Positions 38,235 through 46,668 of a stretch of 64,000 nucleotides of DNA are shown here, in pieces. How positions within the stretch are numbered: position 1 is the stretch's first letter; each line of letters opens with the position of its first letter. A program made the position numbers and the translations under genes. The notes below the pieces were generated by a model that had not been told where the DNA came from, ran no database searches, and saw only the letters and a list, made by a program, of their open reading frames with translations. Source of the stretch: an uncultured Acidobacteriota bacterium (lineage in GTDB: Bacteria > Acidobacteriota > JAQAZP01); NCBI GenBank assembly GCA_963836075.1, contig CAWIIB010000009.1, positions 2,080,001 to 2,144,000 of the forward strand, read 5' to 3'.

Positions 38235-40390
38235 AAACCTATCTCGTGTTTCCGCCCCACTGGACGGCCACCGAACCGTACCTCAGCTGCCCCGCCCTCA
38301 CCGCGTTCCTGCGGGCGCACGGCCAGGAGGTCCGCCAGCAGGACGCCAACGTGGAGTTCTTCCGCTATCTGCTCTCCGAACCCTATCTGCGCCGGGCTCG
38401 CGACGAAGTGCAACATCGGTTCAGGCTTCTGGAGGCCAGGGACGAGCTGACTATCGAAGAGCAGGACCGCTACCAGGTCTACACCCAGGCGCTCCTCCCG
38501 GCGGACACCGCAGTGGAGAACATCGAGGGGAGTCTGGAGGACTATCGTGACCCGGAGAAATTTTTCAACCTCAACGATTACTACCGCGCAGGGCGGATCC
38601 ATTTCGCCGCTCTGAAGCTGGCTTCCGCGCTGTACCATCCCAGTTCGGTCACCTTCTCCGAATACAACAGCCGCTACCGCTACGCCAGCACCCGCGAGAT
38701 CCTCCAGGCGGTGGAGGACCGCGGAGAGAACATGTTCATCGAGTTCTTCGAGGAGCAGGTGGTGCCGAAGATCGAGGCCTACGGCCCGGGAATTCTCGGT
38801 CTGTCCATCAGTTCCCCGCACCAGATCATTCCGGCATTCACCCTGGCCTCCCTGGCCCGCAAGCGCATGCCTGGCCTGCACATCGTGGTGGGGGGCGGCT
38901 ACTACACCAGGATGCTCATCGATCCCCAGCGAATGGCGCCGTTGTTCGACCTGCTGGACAGCGTCGTGGTCTACGAGGGTGAAACCGCGTTGCTCCGACT
39001 GGCCGAGGAACTGGACGGCGGGGGCCGGCTGGACAGGGTGCCCAACCTGGTCTGGCGCGATGGTGGAGACGTGCGGGTCAACCAGCCGTTCCATCACGAA
39101 CGGGTCGACGAGCTGCCCACCCCCACCTTCGACGGGTTTCCGCTGGAGAAGTATCTGAACCACCAGGTGGTCATCCCCTATCTCACCTCCCGGGGCTGTT
39201 ACTGGGGCAAGTGCGCGTTCTGCACCAGCTTCGAGACATATAAGGGCGGTTACCGCCAGCGAAACATCGACCTGGTGCTGGAGGACCTGAAGACGCTCTC
39301 CACGGAGTGCGGATCGAACAGCTTTTTCTTTGTGGACCAGGCCACCTCCCCCGCATCCCTCCGGCGAATCTCCCAGGGGCTGATCGATTCCGGCGCCGAG
39401 TACCACTGGCAGACCGAGGCCCGCTTCGAACGCAAACTGGACCTTCCGCTACTCCGGCTGATGCACCGCTCCGGCTGCCGCAAGCTGCTCTTCGGCCTCG
39501 AGTCGGGGCACCAGCGGGTGCTTGACCTGATGGAGAAGGGGACCCGTCTGGAGGACACACGGCGTATTCTCGAGGACTGCCAGAAAGCCCATATCGGTAT
39601 CCACGTCTTTCTCATCTGCGGTTTCCCCACCGAGACCGTGGAGGAGGCGGACGCCAGCGTCGAGTTCATCCTCGGGGTGGAGGGTCTGACCTCATCTCCC
39701 GGTTTCACCTACCACGTGCACAACTTCGGTCTGGAGACCGATTCAAAGGTGGGAATGAACCCGGAGCGCTACGGGGTGACGCTGCAGCCGATGGAGGAGG
39801 ACCTGGACCAGTTCCTGCACTACATCGGCTACCAGGTGGAGCAAGGCATGCCCCCGGAAGCCCTGGAACACAAGGTGGCCGAGATGCGCGGCAGGATTCT
39901 CCAACGGGTGGCCTTCAAGGACTATCCGGTCCACGGGCCGCACAACCTGCTCTACCTGGCGCATTACGGGTGGGCGTTCCCCGAGCCATTGGAGAACGTG
40001 GCCCAGTTCAAGGACCTCCCGTTCCAGAAGCTCCTCGGTTTTGTTCCGGTGCTGGCCGACGAGGTGACGGTGAAGGAGTTCAAGTTCTACGTGCCCGAAG
40101 AGGAGGGGGTGCCGTCACCCCTCCCCGGCGGTGGTGAGGGGAGTGCCCCGGCGGAGCGGAAGCTGATCCATGTGGGCGGCCACTTCTACTGCTATATCGG
40201 CCGCACCGAGCGGAGCTGGCTGATCAGCCCCCGGGGCAAGACCCTTCTCGACCTCACCGACGGCACACGGACGGTGGAGCAGGTCTGTACCCTGTTCGAG
40301 CAGCAGCAGCCGTCCAAAACCGCATTCATCCAGGCCGCCGGGGACATGCGTGTCTTCTTCCAGCGCGGCGCCCTGACCGTCGCCGGTTAA
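38231..40390 (+). CDS. Cobalamin-dependent radical SAM protein with C-terminal RRE/PqqD-like domain
   Basis: HIVVGG, YEGE, SRGCYWGKCAFC, GLESG, GFPTET. C-terminal LLDLTDGTRTVEQV. ATGA-coupled to the previous gene. Confidence 0.88.
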   Translation: MKTYLVFPPHWTATEPYLSCPALTAFLRAHGQEVRQQDANVEFFRYLLSEPYLRRARDEVQHRFRLLEARDELTIEEQDRYQVYTQALLPADTAVENIEGSLEDYRDPEKFFNLNDYYRAGRIHFAALKLASALYHPSSVTFSEYNSRYRYASTREILQAVEDRGENMFIEFFEEQVVPKIEAYGPGILGLSISSPHQIIPAFTLASLARKRMPGLHIVVGGGYYTRMLIDPQRMAPLFDLLDSVVVYEGETALLRLAEELDGGGRLDRVPNLVWRDGGDVRVNQPFHHERVDELPTPTFDGFPLEKYLNHQVVIPYLTSRGCYWGKCAFCTSFETYKGGYRQRNIDLVLEDLKTLSTECGSNSFFFVDQATSPASLRRISQGLIDSGAEYHWQTEARFERKLDLPLLRLMHRSGCRKLLFGLESGHQRVLDLMEKGTRLEDTRRILEDCQKAHIGIHVFLICGFPTETVEEADASVEFILGVEGLTSSPGFTYHVHNFGLETDSKVGMNPERYGVTLQPMEEDLDQFLHYIGYQVEQGMPPEALEHKVAEMRGRILQRVAFKDYPVHGPHNLLYLAHYGWAFPEPLENVAQFKDLPFQKLLGFVPVLADEVTVKEFKFYVPEEEGVPSPLPGGGEGSAPAERKLIHVGGHFYCYIGRTERSWLISPRGKTLLDLTDGTRTVEQVCTLFEQQQPSKTAFIQAAGDMRVFFQRGALTVAG

Positions 40391-40437
40391 ACCAGAAGAG
40401 GACCCTCCTCTGCTCCAGTCCCGCCCGTGTGTATGTA

Positions 40438-40473
40438 CAAAAAAAGACCTCTTCACTGGGGGAGGAAGAGGTC
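40438..40473 (-). terminator. Intrinsic terminator downstream of the precursor genes, between convergent units
   Basis: GACCTCTTC/GAAGAGGTC perfect 9-bp stem, with an A-run on + (U-tract on -). Confidence 0.7.
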
Positions 40474-40665
40474 ATCTCTTAGCTAGCCAGATTTTTTAGC
40501 GATTGAAAAGAGGCGTTATCGTTTTAACGTGAATTTGAACAGCTTTCAACAGGAACAGGAACTCGCAGCTTTTCGCCTCTTGAGGGTATGGAAATTCAAA
40601 CCGCTCTTCGGGGATTGCGAAGTCTTGGCGAAATTTCAAATACCCGAATTTTACTCAAGCCATCC

Positions 40666-40932
40666 TTAGGAGGCGAGAGTTACCCAGTTGCCGCACAGGC
40701 CGGCGTACCAGTAAGACTGGGACGTTCCGCCAGGGCCGAAGCCGACGCCAGCCTGACCGGGGCTCACACTGGAGCTGGCACCAAAACCAGCACCAAGGTG
40801 ACCGGTGAAGGTGTCATAGGCGCTCGCCATGTGGTGAGAGCCAGCCGGAGGACTGGCAGTCTTACCACATGCCAGGGCCGAAGTCTCAAAGCTCTTCTCA
40901 GTGAAAATAGTGGGCTTGGAATACTTCTTCAA
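40666..40932 (-). CDS. Putative RiPP precursor peptide A3 (88 aa)
   Basis: TTG start with GGAGGAGGTG RBS. MKKYSKPTIFTEKSFETSALACGKT...YDTFTGH...GFGPGGTS...CGNWVTLAS. Paralog of the two upstream peptides. Confidence 0.88.
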   Translation of the reverse strand: MKKYSKPTIFTEKSFETSALACGKTASPPAGSHHMASAYDTFTGHLGAGFGASSSVSPGQAGVGFGPGGTSQSYWYAGLCGNWVTLAS

Positions 40933-41132
40933 TCTGTTTCACCTCCTCCCGTTTTGGAATCTCCCTCTCGGGTTAAACCCAAGGGTCTTTAATGCCGAAA
41001 CGAACAAAACCCCGCAGTGATCGATTCATGTGTCTATCAGTTAACCACTGCGTTCCGGCAAACTTTAAACTGCGTTACTTCCCTTGTTCGCCGTGGGGCC
41101 GGCCGCAACCGGATCACCGCACTGGCTGACCG

Positions 41133-41169
41133 AAAAACAACCCGAACATCGTCACATGCGGGGCTGCCC
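41133..41169 (-). terminator. Probable intrinsic terminator after precursor A2
   Basis: Minus strand GGGCAGCCCCGCAT-GTGACG-ATGTTCGGGTTGTTTTT: G-U-containing stem plus U-tract, just after the stop. Confidence 0.5.
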
Positions 41170-41182
41170 GATCATCGGTTGA

Positions 41183-41443
41183 TCAGGACGACATCTGAAC
41201 CCAGTTGCTGCACAGCCCGGCATAGTTGTAACTGCCGCTGGTGCCGCCGGGGCCGAAGCCCACGCCCGCGGAACCGCTGGCTGACTCTGTCCGGCCTGGT
41301 CCGAAGTGACCGGTAAAGGTGTCATACGCACTTGCGAAATGGCGCGAACCTGGATCGGCGGCGCTGGTCTTGCCGCAGGCCAGCGCTGATGTCTCAAAGG
41401 TCTGTTCCGTCTGGATAACCGGCTTGCCGTAAGGAAGTCTCAT
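41183..41443 (-). CDS. Putative RiPP precursor peptide A2 (86 aa)
   Basis: GGAGGTAATT-ATG. MRLPYGKPVIQTEQTFETSALACGKT...CSNWVQMSS. The supplied ORF 41183-41713 is over-extended. Confidence 0.88.
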   Translation of the reverse strand: MRLPYGKPVIQTEQTFETSALACGKTSAADPGSRHFASAYDTFTGHFGPGRTESASGSAGVGFGPGGTSGSYNYAGLCSNWVQMSS

Positions 41444-41513
41444 AATTACCTCCAGAGAACCGACCAGCCGGTTCAGGGTGTGCCCCCGATGTGGCCGGTT
41501 CACTTCGGAACAA

Positions 41514-41780
41514 TCAGGAACTGTAGGTGATCCAGTTGCCGCACATACCGCTGTAAACGTAACTGCCGCTGGTGCCGCCGGGGCCAAAGCCGATGCCGGC
41601 GCTGCCGCTGGCCGACTCGCTACCGCCGAAACCACCACCGAGGTGACCGGTGAAGGTGTCATAGGGAGCACCCATGTGCCAGGATCCCGGAGGGGGATCA
41701 GTGGTCTTGCCACAGGCCAGTGCGGAAGTTTCGAAACTCTTCTCGGTCGCGATCCTCGGCTTCTTGTAATCTCTCTTCAT
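41514..41780 (-). CDS. Putative RiPP precursor peptide A1 (88 aa)
   Basis: AAGGAGGTTGTGTA-ATG. MKRDYKKPRIATEKSFETSALACGKT...CGNWITYSS. Confidence 0.88.
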   Translation of the reverse strand: MKRDYKKPRIATEKSFETSALACGKTTDPPPGSWHMGAPYDTFTGHLGGGFGGSESASGSAGIGFGPGGTSGSYVYSGMCGNWITYSS

Positions 41781-42029
41781 TACACAACCTCCTTTGATAT
41801 AAAGAGTTTTGGTATTGTTTGCCATTACACCTGGAAGGCAATTGGCGCTCTTTATATCATAGGGTCCCTGATGTGTCAAGTTCCTTCGCAGGACTTAGAT
41901 ACGGCTAACCAGCTTGCTCTCGGCGGCCTGAAAATCGGTGGACCGCCGGGATGGTCCGCGTCAATACTGGGAACCTGATTTCAACCCGTTGAGAAACCCC
42001 TGTTGCCGCAGCAACAACGTCAGTTAATC

Positions 42030-42046
42030 TGCACGATTTGTGCCAA
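42030..42046 (-). promoter_or_regulatory. Sigma-54-type promoter upstream of the precursor array
   Basis: Minus strand TTGGCACAAATCGTGCA with exact GG-N10-GC spacing, 250 nt upstream of A1. Confidence 0.6.
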
Positions 42047-42346
42047 TTGCCGGGGTATTGTCCGGTGTCTTATCGTCGTGCTCGTAATTCATTATGGTGG
42101 AAGGAAATAGTTCCCTGATCCAGGGCTGGTGGGCCGCCGGCATTGTGTCGGATCGCCCGTACGCTGCTCTGATCAAGGAATCGAATTGCCTACAGTCGGA
42201 AAACTATTACTCTTGGCAATCCCTTGCCTTTTTGGTTGGTTTGTTTATTTTTTGGCCGTCTATCAGCGATGCCGCGCCGGCTCCGGTGCGGTGAGGGGGA
42301 CTGAAGTCAAAAATGCGTGCCTCGAAGAAAGGTGCGGGGTGGCGAT

Positions 42347-42895
42347 TCAGTTCCGGAGCAGCGCGCCGAGAACGTAGACCGGACCGCAGAACAGGTAACG
42401 GATCACCGGCCGGGCCATGCGGTTCGGTCCCGCGGGGAGGCGGGCCGCCAGAGCCAGCAGGGGGCAGGCCAGGCGGCAGCTGAGGGCGGAGGCGCTGGCC
42501 ATGATCCGGCTGCGGACGCCGCGTCCGAGGGCTACGTCCCGCCCCTGGCGGCTGGTGGAGGCGACTCTGCCGAGAAGCGTATCCGCAGAGTGTGGCGGGT
42601 CGTAGTGGGGCAGGGTATCGCCGCTGGTCAGCATCAGCCGTTGGCCGTCCGCTGCGTTCTGCCAGCCGAGAAACCGGTGGCCGATGAAGCGACCGTCCCG
42701 GGTGGCGAAGAAGAGGATGTCTCCCGCCCGGGCCTGTTCTGCCTCCAGCGGTTCGATCCGGATCATCTCCCCGTGGCGCACAACCGGCATCATGCTTCCG
42801 CCAAAGGCGCGGAAGGTGAACGATCCATGACCGTCCAGCGTCTCCCGGATCATTCCGGCAGTGACGGTCCTGTGCTGCGGGCCGGGTCTGCTCAT
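42347..42895 (-). CDS. S24/S26 family (signal peptidase-like) peptidase
   Basis: GGSMMP catalytic Ser motif, GDILFF, HR (Ser-His type), SGD. Confidence 0.8.
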   Translation of the reverse strand: MSRPGPQHRTVTAGMIRETLDGHGSFTFRAFGGSMMPVVRHGEMIRIEPLEAEQARAGDILFFATRDGRFIGHRFLGWQNAADGQRLMLTSGDTLPHYDPPHSADTLLGRVASTSRQGRDVALGRGVRSRIMASASALSCRLACPLLALAARLPAGPNRMARPVIRYLFCGPVYVLGALLRN

Positions 42896-42911
42896 TGGGG
42901 GCCGCCGGCGT

Positions 42912-44027
42912 TCAGGTTTCGATGTCGTCGATATCAGAGGCCGGACGCTTCTCCTGGACCAACCGGCGCATCTTGGAGGTCCGGCAGGCGAAGGAGGACG
43001 GCCCGAAAGCGTCGCCGTCTTCCAGCAGGGCCACTCCCGGGCAACGGAAGCAGATCGGCAGCAGGGAACACTCGCTGCACTTCTCCACGTCGGCCATGGT
43101 GGTCTGCCGTATTTTTTTCAGCACCGGCGAGTTCTCCCAGATCTCACTGAACGGAGTTTCACGCAGGTTTCCGGCGCTCATCTGAAACTGGATGCAGGGG
43201 AACACGTTTCCGTAGGGGTCGATGCTCAGGAAGTTGGTGCCCGCCTTGCACATGTAGGTCTCCCTGGTCATCTGGGCGCCTTCGCTGTATTCCCGGGTCC
43301 CGAAGGTGAGCAGTCCCTGGTTGAACTTCTCGTCGCTGAGGATGCGGTGCAGGTCCTCGTCGCTGATCCGGTTGCCGCAGGGGCGTGATGAGCCGTCGAT
43401 TCCCGGGGCGATCAAGGGATCGATGGTGTATTTCACGTCCAGGCGGTCTCCGAGGGTCTTGATCAGGTCGAACTCCCCCACGTTGTCTTTCATCAGCGTG
43501 CACTTGAGGTTGACCTTCAGCCCCCGCGCCTTGAGCATCATGATCGCGGCGATGGTCTTCTTGAACGACCCGGGGAGCTGGGTGATCCGGTCATGGGTTT
43601 CCGCCGTGGCGCCATAGACCGAAATACCCATCTCCCACGGGGCCACCGACTTGATCCGGTCGGCCAGTTGCTCGTCGATCATCGTGGCGTTGGTCAGCAG
43701 GTTGATGGCGAAATGCAGGCTCCTGGCATGCTCGAGGATCTCCCAGATATCGCGGCGGAGAAAGATCTCACCGCCGGTGATCGAGAGGTGCAGCGTGCCC
43801 GCCTGGGCCAGCTGGTCGAGAATGGTGCGGATTTCGTCGGTGGTCAGTTCCTGCTTCACCTTCTCCTTCGAGGGGTGGTCGAGGTAGCAGTGCAGGCACT
43901 TTTCGTTACAGCGGTGGGTCAACTCCAGGATGACGCTGTACGGGATCAGCTTCTGGTGTGAGACGCTGCTGATCTTGCTCAGCACCGAGGGCTGGAACAG
44001 CTGCTCGGGGGGCGTGTTGTCGGACAT
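42912..44027 (-). CDS. Radical SAM/SPASM domain peptide maturase
   Basis: ELTHRCNEKCLHCY, TGGE. SPASM CKAG...YGNVFPC...GNL...CSECSLLPICFRCPG...C. GGAGG RBS. Confidence 0.92.
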   Translation of the reverse strand: MSDNTPPEQLFQPSVLSKISSVSHQKLIPYSVILELTHRCNEKCLHCYLDHPSKEKVKQELTTDEIRTILDQLAQAGTLHLSITGGEIFLRRDIWEILEHARSLHFAINLLTNATMIDEQLADRIKSVAPWEMGISVYGATAETHDRITQLPGSFKKTIAAIMMLKARGLKVNLKCTLMKDNVGEFDLIKTLGDRLDVKYTIDPLIAPGIDGSSRPCGNRISDEDLHRILSDEKFNQGLLTFGTREYSEGAQMTRETYMCKAGTNFLSIDPYGNVFPCIQFQMSAGNLRETPFSEIWENSPVLKKIRQTTMADVEKCSECSLLPICFRCPGVALLEDGDAFGPSSFACRTSKMRRLVQEKRPASDIDDIET

Positions 44028-44177
44028 CTGGCGGGCCTCCCTGGGGATACGTGCGGCACGCGGATGCGTGCGGAAGGCCCTGCCGGCATCACGGCCGTAG
44101 ACGCCGCCACGGCCGGATTCTTGCCGGCCCGGGCGGGGCCTGTCCACGATTCCGGCGGGGCGTTCCGGCTCGGGGGA

Positions 44178-44453
44178 TCAGGAAAGGGTGACCAGGCTCT
44201 TTTCCTTCTGCATCAGTTCTTCGATGAATTCCACCACGTCTTTTTCCGCGGTTTCCCGGTCCACTTCGAACTCCGAGACCACCTGGTCGACAATCTCGCT
44301 CACTGTCTTCTCGCCGTCGCACAGCTCCCAGATCCTGGTGCCCACCGCGTCCAGCGAATGGACCGAACTGTCTTCAGCGGAGAGGAGGACCGCCTCGTCT
44401 CCAATAATACGCCAGGCGACGTTTTCGTCTCGGGTCACTTTCTTATCCAGCAT
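44178..44453 (-). CDS. PqqD family RiPP recognition element (RRE)
   Basis: SLDAVGTRIWELCDGEKTVSEIV...FEVDRETAEKDVVEFIEEL. Confidence 0.92.
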   Translation of the reverse strand: MLDKKVTRDENVAWRIIGDEAVLLSAEDSSVHSLDAVGTRIWELCDGEKTVSEIVDQVVSEFEVDRETAEKDVVEFIEELMQKEKSLVTLS

Positions 44454-45255
44454 TTTCGATGCACCTCCATACAGACTCGTCGGGCTTGAAATGCAATTCC
44501 GCCGACGGGATCTGCGTCATGAAATCGGTGAAAACGGAAAGGAGTTCGTTGGTCAACTCGAGACCGCGGCCGAAAAACAGCACGTTTTGCAGAATCTGCG
44601 TCATTTTAACGCCCATGGGGATCTGGTCGATCCGGTTTTCCCTCGCCTTGCGCAGGAAGAAGAGGTGAGAAACCGGTGCCGATTCCCGGGCCGTCCCTTT
44701 CTGGAAGTCGCCCCAGAACGGGTTGCCGTGGACGACATATTCTCCGTTTTCCTTGAGCACGGCGGTCAGTTCGTCGCTCAGCAGTCTGTTTTCGGGCGAC
44801 AGGCCGCTGATCGTGCTTTTCCCCGACCCCGAGGAGCCGGTGAAGATGTAGCCCCTCCCCTTGTGAACAACCGAACTGGCGTGGAGCATGAATCCGCCCC
44901 GCTTGAGCATCAGCCAGGTGTAGAAAACCCGATAGAACGCGTCAAAGGAATAGATCGACTCGTGCACCTCCAGGGCCCCCTGGTTTCCGGCAATGCTGAA
45001 CACTCCCGTGAAATCGCTCCGGTTCATGTTCAGCCGCTCGTCCTCCAGGGTGAGAACGGGCTGCTCGCCGAGGCGGCTCTCCCTCGCCGACTCACCCGTC
45101 TCGGCGTCGAACGTGGTGACCCGGTAGGTGTACAGCGGCTGGTCGTCGGTGATGAAACTCTCGTAGCGGTCCCGCAACACCTCGGACAGCGTTGGGGAAT
45201 CCACCTCGAACCGGGTGGCGATGTCGGCGATGGTGATGGTGATCGACGTGTCCAT
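44443..45255 (-). CDS. HprK-related P-loop kinase (ScmC-like, RiPP-cluster associated)
   Basis: LHASSV, GSSGSGKST, LLSDE and PFWG motifs. Real start is ATG 45255 inside the over-extended ORF. Stop overlaps the PqqD start. Confidence 0.82.
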   Translation of the reverse strand: MDTSITITIADIATRFEVDSPTLSEVLRDRYESFITDDQPLYTYRVTTFDAETGESARESRLGEQPVLTLEDERLNMNRSDFTGVFSIAGNQGALEVHESIYSFDAFYRVFYTWLMLKRGGFMLHASSVVHKGRGYIFTGSSGSGKSTISGLSPENRLLSDELTAVLKENGEYVVHGNPFWGDFQKGTARESAPVSHLFFLRKARENRIDQIPMGVKMTQILQNVLFFGRGLELTNELLSVFTDFMTQIPSAELHFKPDESVWRCIENAG

Positions 45256-45357
45256 GATCTGGTTCCTGCACCCGGGAAATACGGCCCGCGGCGCCGCTGT
45301 GCGGGTCGGGCCGCCGCCTTTTCCGATTGTGTCGCCAACCCCTGCGAAAGGGCAATA

Positions 45358-45386
45358 GATATAGCAAAGGGCCCTTGTCTTGTCAA
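45358..45386 (-). promoter_or_regulatory. Sigma-70 promoter for the kinase-PqqD-rSAM-peptidase operon
   Basis: Minus strand TTGACA-N17-TATATC with TG extension. Confidence 0.6.
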
Positions 45387-45419
45387 TAAAGCGATGACAG
45401 TTCCACCGGAGCCGGCCCG

Positions 45420-45449
45420 TTGACCCCTGGCGGCAAAAGTTGCTACCAT
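45420..45449 (+). promoter_or_regulatory. Divergent sigma-70 promoter for the methyltransferase
   Basis: TTGACC-N18-TACCAT with TG extension. Confidence 0.4.
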
Positions 45450-45528
45450 GCTCCGCTTTCCGGCGCGAAGCCCTCCCCGGTGGACGTTGGGCGCCGGTCG
45501 GCTGAACCTGATCGCTCTGGTGTTCACA

Positions 45529-46659
45529 GTGGACCTGTCTCTCCTCAAACTGATTCGTTGTCCGGCGGACACCGGCGGCCGTGCCTGCCATTCCCCGCTG
45601 GGCATCGACCGTCCGGCCGCCGAACCGGTCTTCTTCCCCGGAGGGGATCAGGACCTGGCGCAAGGGGTGTTGCGCTGCGACGGCTGCGGTGCCCGCTACC
45701 CGGTGATCTGCGGGGTGCCGGTGCTGCTGCGGGGTGTGGAGGCCTGGATCAGCGGGAACTACTGGTTCCTCCTCGGTTTTGCCGGGGAGATGGGCGCTCC
45801 GGTGACAAGCACCGCGGACTTTCTCCGGGAGACAGCTTCCCGGGACGGCGGGATGCCGCCCCGCCAGCTCTATGACCGTCGATGGTCCACCCGGGTGGCC
45901 AAGTTCGTCAGTAGCTACCTGATCAGCCACCACCTGGGTCTGGAGCGTCTGGAGTTGCTGGGACCGGCCCAGCGCCGGCTGGCCATGGAGATGGCCGTTG
46001 AGGGTGGTCCCCACGAGGTGCTCCAGGGCATGCTGGACGACCTGGAGACGCCCGGCGACACCACCGGGCCGGCCCTGGATGTGGGGTGCAGCGTGGGCGG
46101 CATGACGGCCCGATTGGCCGTTGGGGACCGGCTGGCGGTGGGGGCCGATATCAGTTTCGAGAGCCTGGTCTGGGCCCGGGCGCTGCTCAGGGGGCGGCCC
46201 GGCCCGCGTAACCTGGCGCCGGTGTTCACCGAGGGGGACAACCGGGTGGAGGTGCCGCTGGCTCCCCCGCAAGACAGCCGCTGCGAGTTCGTGCTGGCCG
46301 GCGGCGAGGCGCTCCCCTTCACCGACGGCTCTTTCGGGGTGGTCGCCAGCTGCAACCTGGTCGATGTGATCGACAAGCCGTCGGAACTGCTGGACGAGAA
46401 GAGCCGGTTGCTGGGGCCCGGCGGCGTGCTGCTCGTCTCCTCGCCCTTCCTGCATACCGCTGCGGGAGTTGGCCGCTGTCTCGCCCCCGAGGGCCGGCAG
46501 CCGACGGCTGTGTTGCGGACCATGCTCGAGGAACGGGGTTTCGAAGTGGCGGCCGAGCAGGAGGATGTGCCGTGGGTGCTCTATCACTACCGCCGCCGGC
46601 TCGATTTCTATCAGACGTTTTGTCTGGCCGCCCGCCGATGCGCGGCGGCTGAAGAGTGA
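45529..46659 (+). CDS. Class I SAM-dependent methyltransferase with N-terminal Trm112-like Zn-knuckle
   Basis: MDLSLLKLIRCP...LRCDGCGARYPVICGVPVLL, ALDVGCSVGG, ALPFTDGSF. Confidence 0.8.
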   Translation: MDLSLLKLIRCPADTGGRACHSPLGIDRPAAEPVFFPGGDQDLAQGVLRCDGCGARYPVICGVPVLLRGVEAWISGNYWFLLGFAGEMGAPVTSTADFLRETASRDGGMPPRQLYDRRWSTRVAKFVSSYLISHHLGLERLELLGPAQRRLAMEMAVEGGPHEVLQGMLDDLETPGDTTGPALDVGCSVGGMTARLAVGDRLAVGADISFESLVWARALLRGRPGPRNLAPVFTEGDNRVEVPLAPPQDSRCEFVLAGGEALPFTDGSFGVVASCNLVDVIDKPSELLDEKSRLLGPGGVLLVSSPFLHTAAGVGRCLAPEGRQPTAVLRTMLEERGFEVAAEQEDVPWVLYHYRRRLDFYQTFCLAARRCAAAEE

Positions 46660-46668
46660 GGCAGGTCT

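Noticed and set aside
40666-41780. Precursor repeats as a CRISPR array or DNA repeat element
   Set aside because: Conservation is at the protein level with synonymous variation. There is no repeat-spacer periodicity and no cas genes.
40588-41978. Plus-strand ORFs 40588-40992, 41017-41316 and 41478-41978
   Set aside because: The first and third are antisense shadows whose similarity mirrors the minus-strand precursor repeats, which have the RBSs and motifs. The middle one has no RBS or motif.
13872-42016. TGTTG..CAACA palindromes near two sigma-54 promoters as a shared operator
   Set aside because: Spacing differs and they lie on opposite sides of their promoters, so there is too little support.
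40666-45255. Lasso peptide cluster (YxxP leader, RRE, HprK-like kinase)
   Set aside because: No asparagine-synthetase-like cyclase or transglutaminase-like B2 protease in the window, and the cores are far longer than lasso cores.
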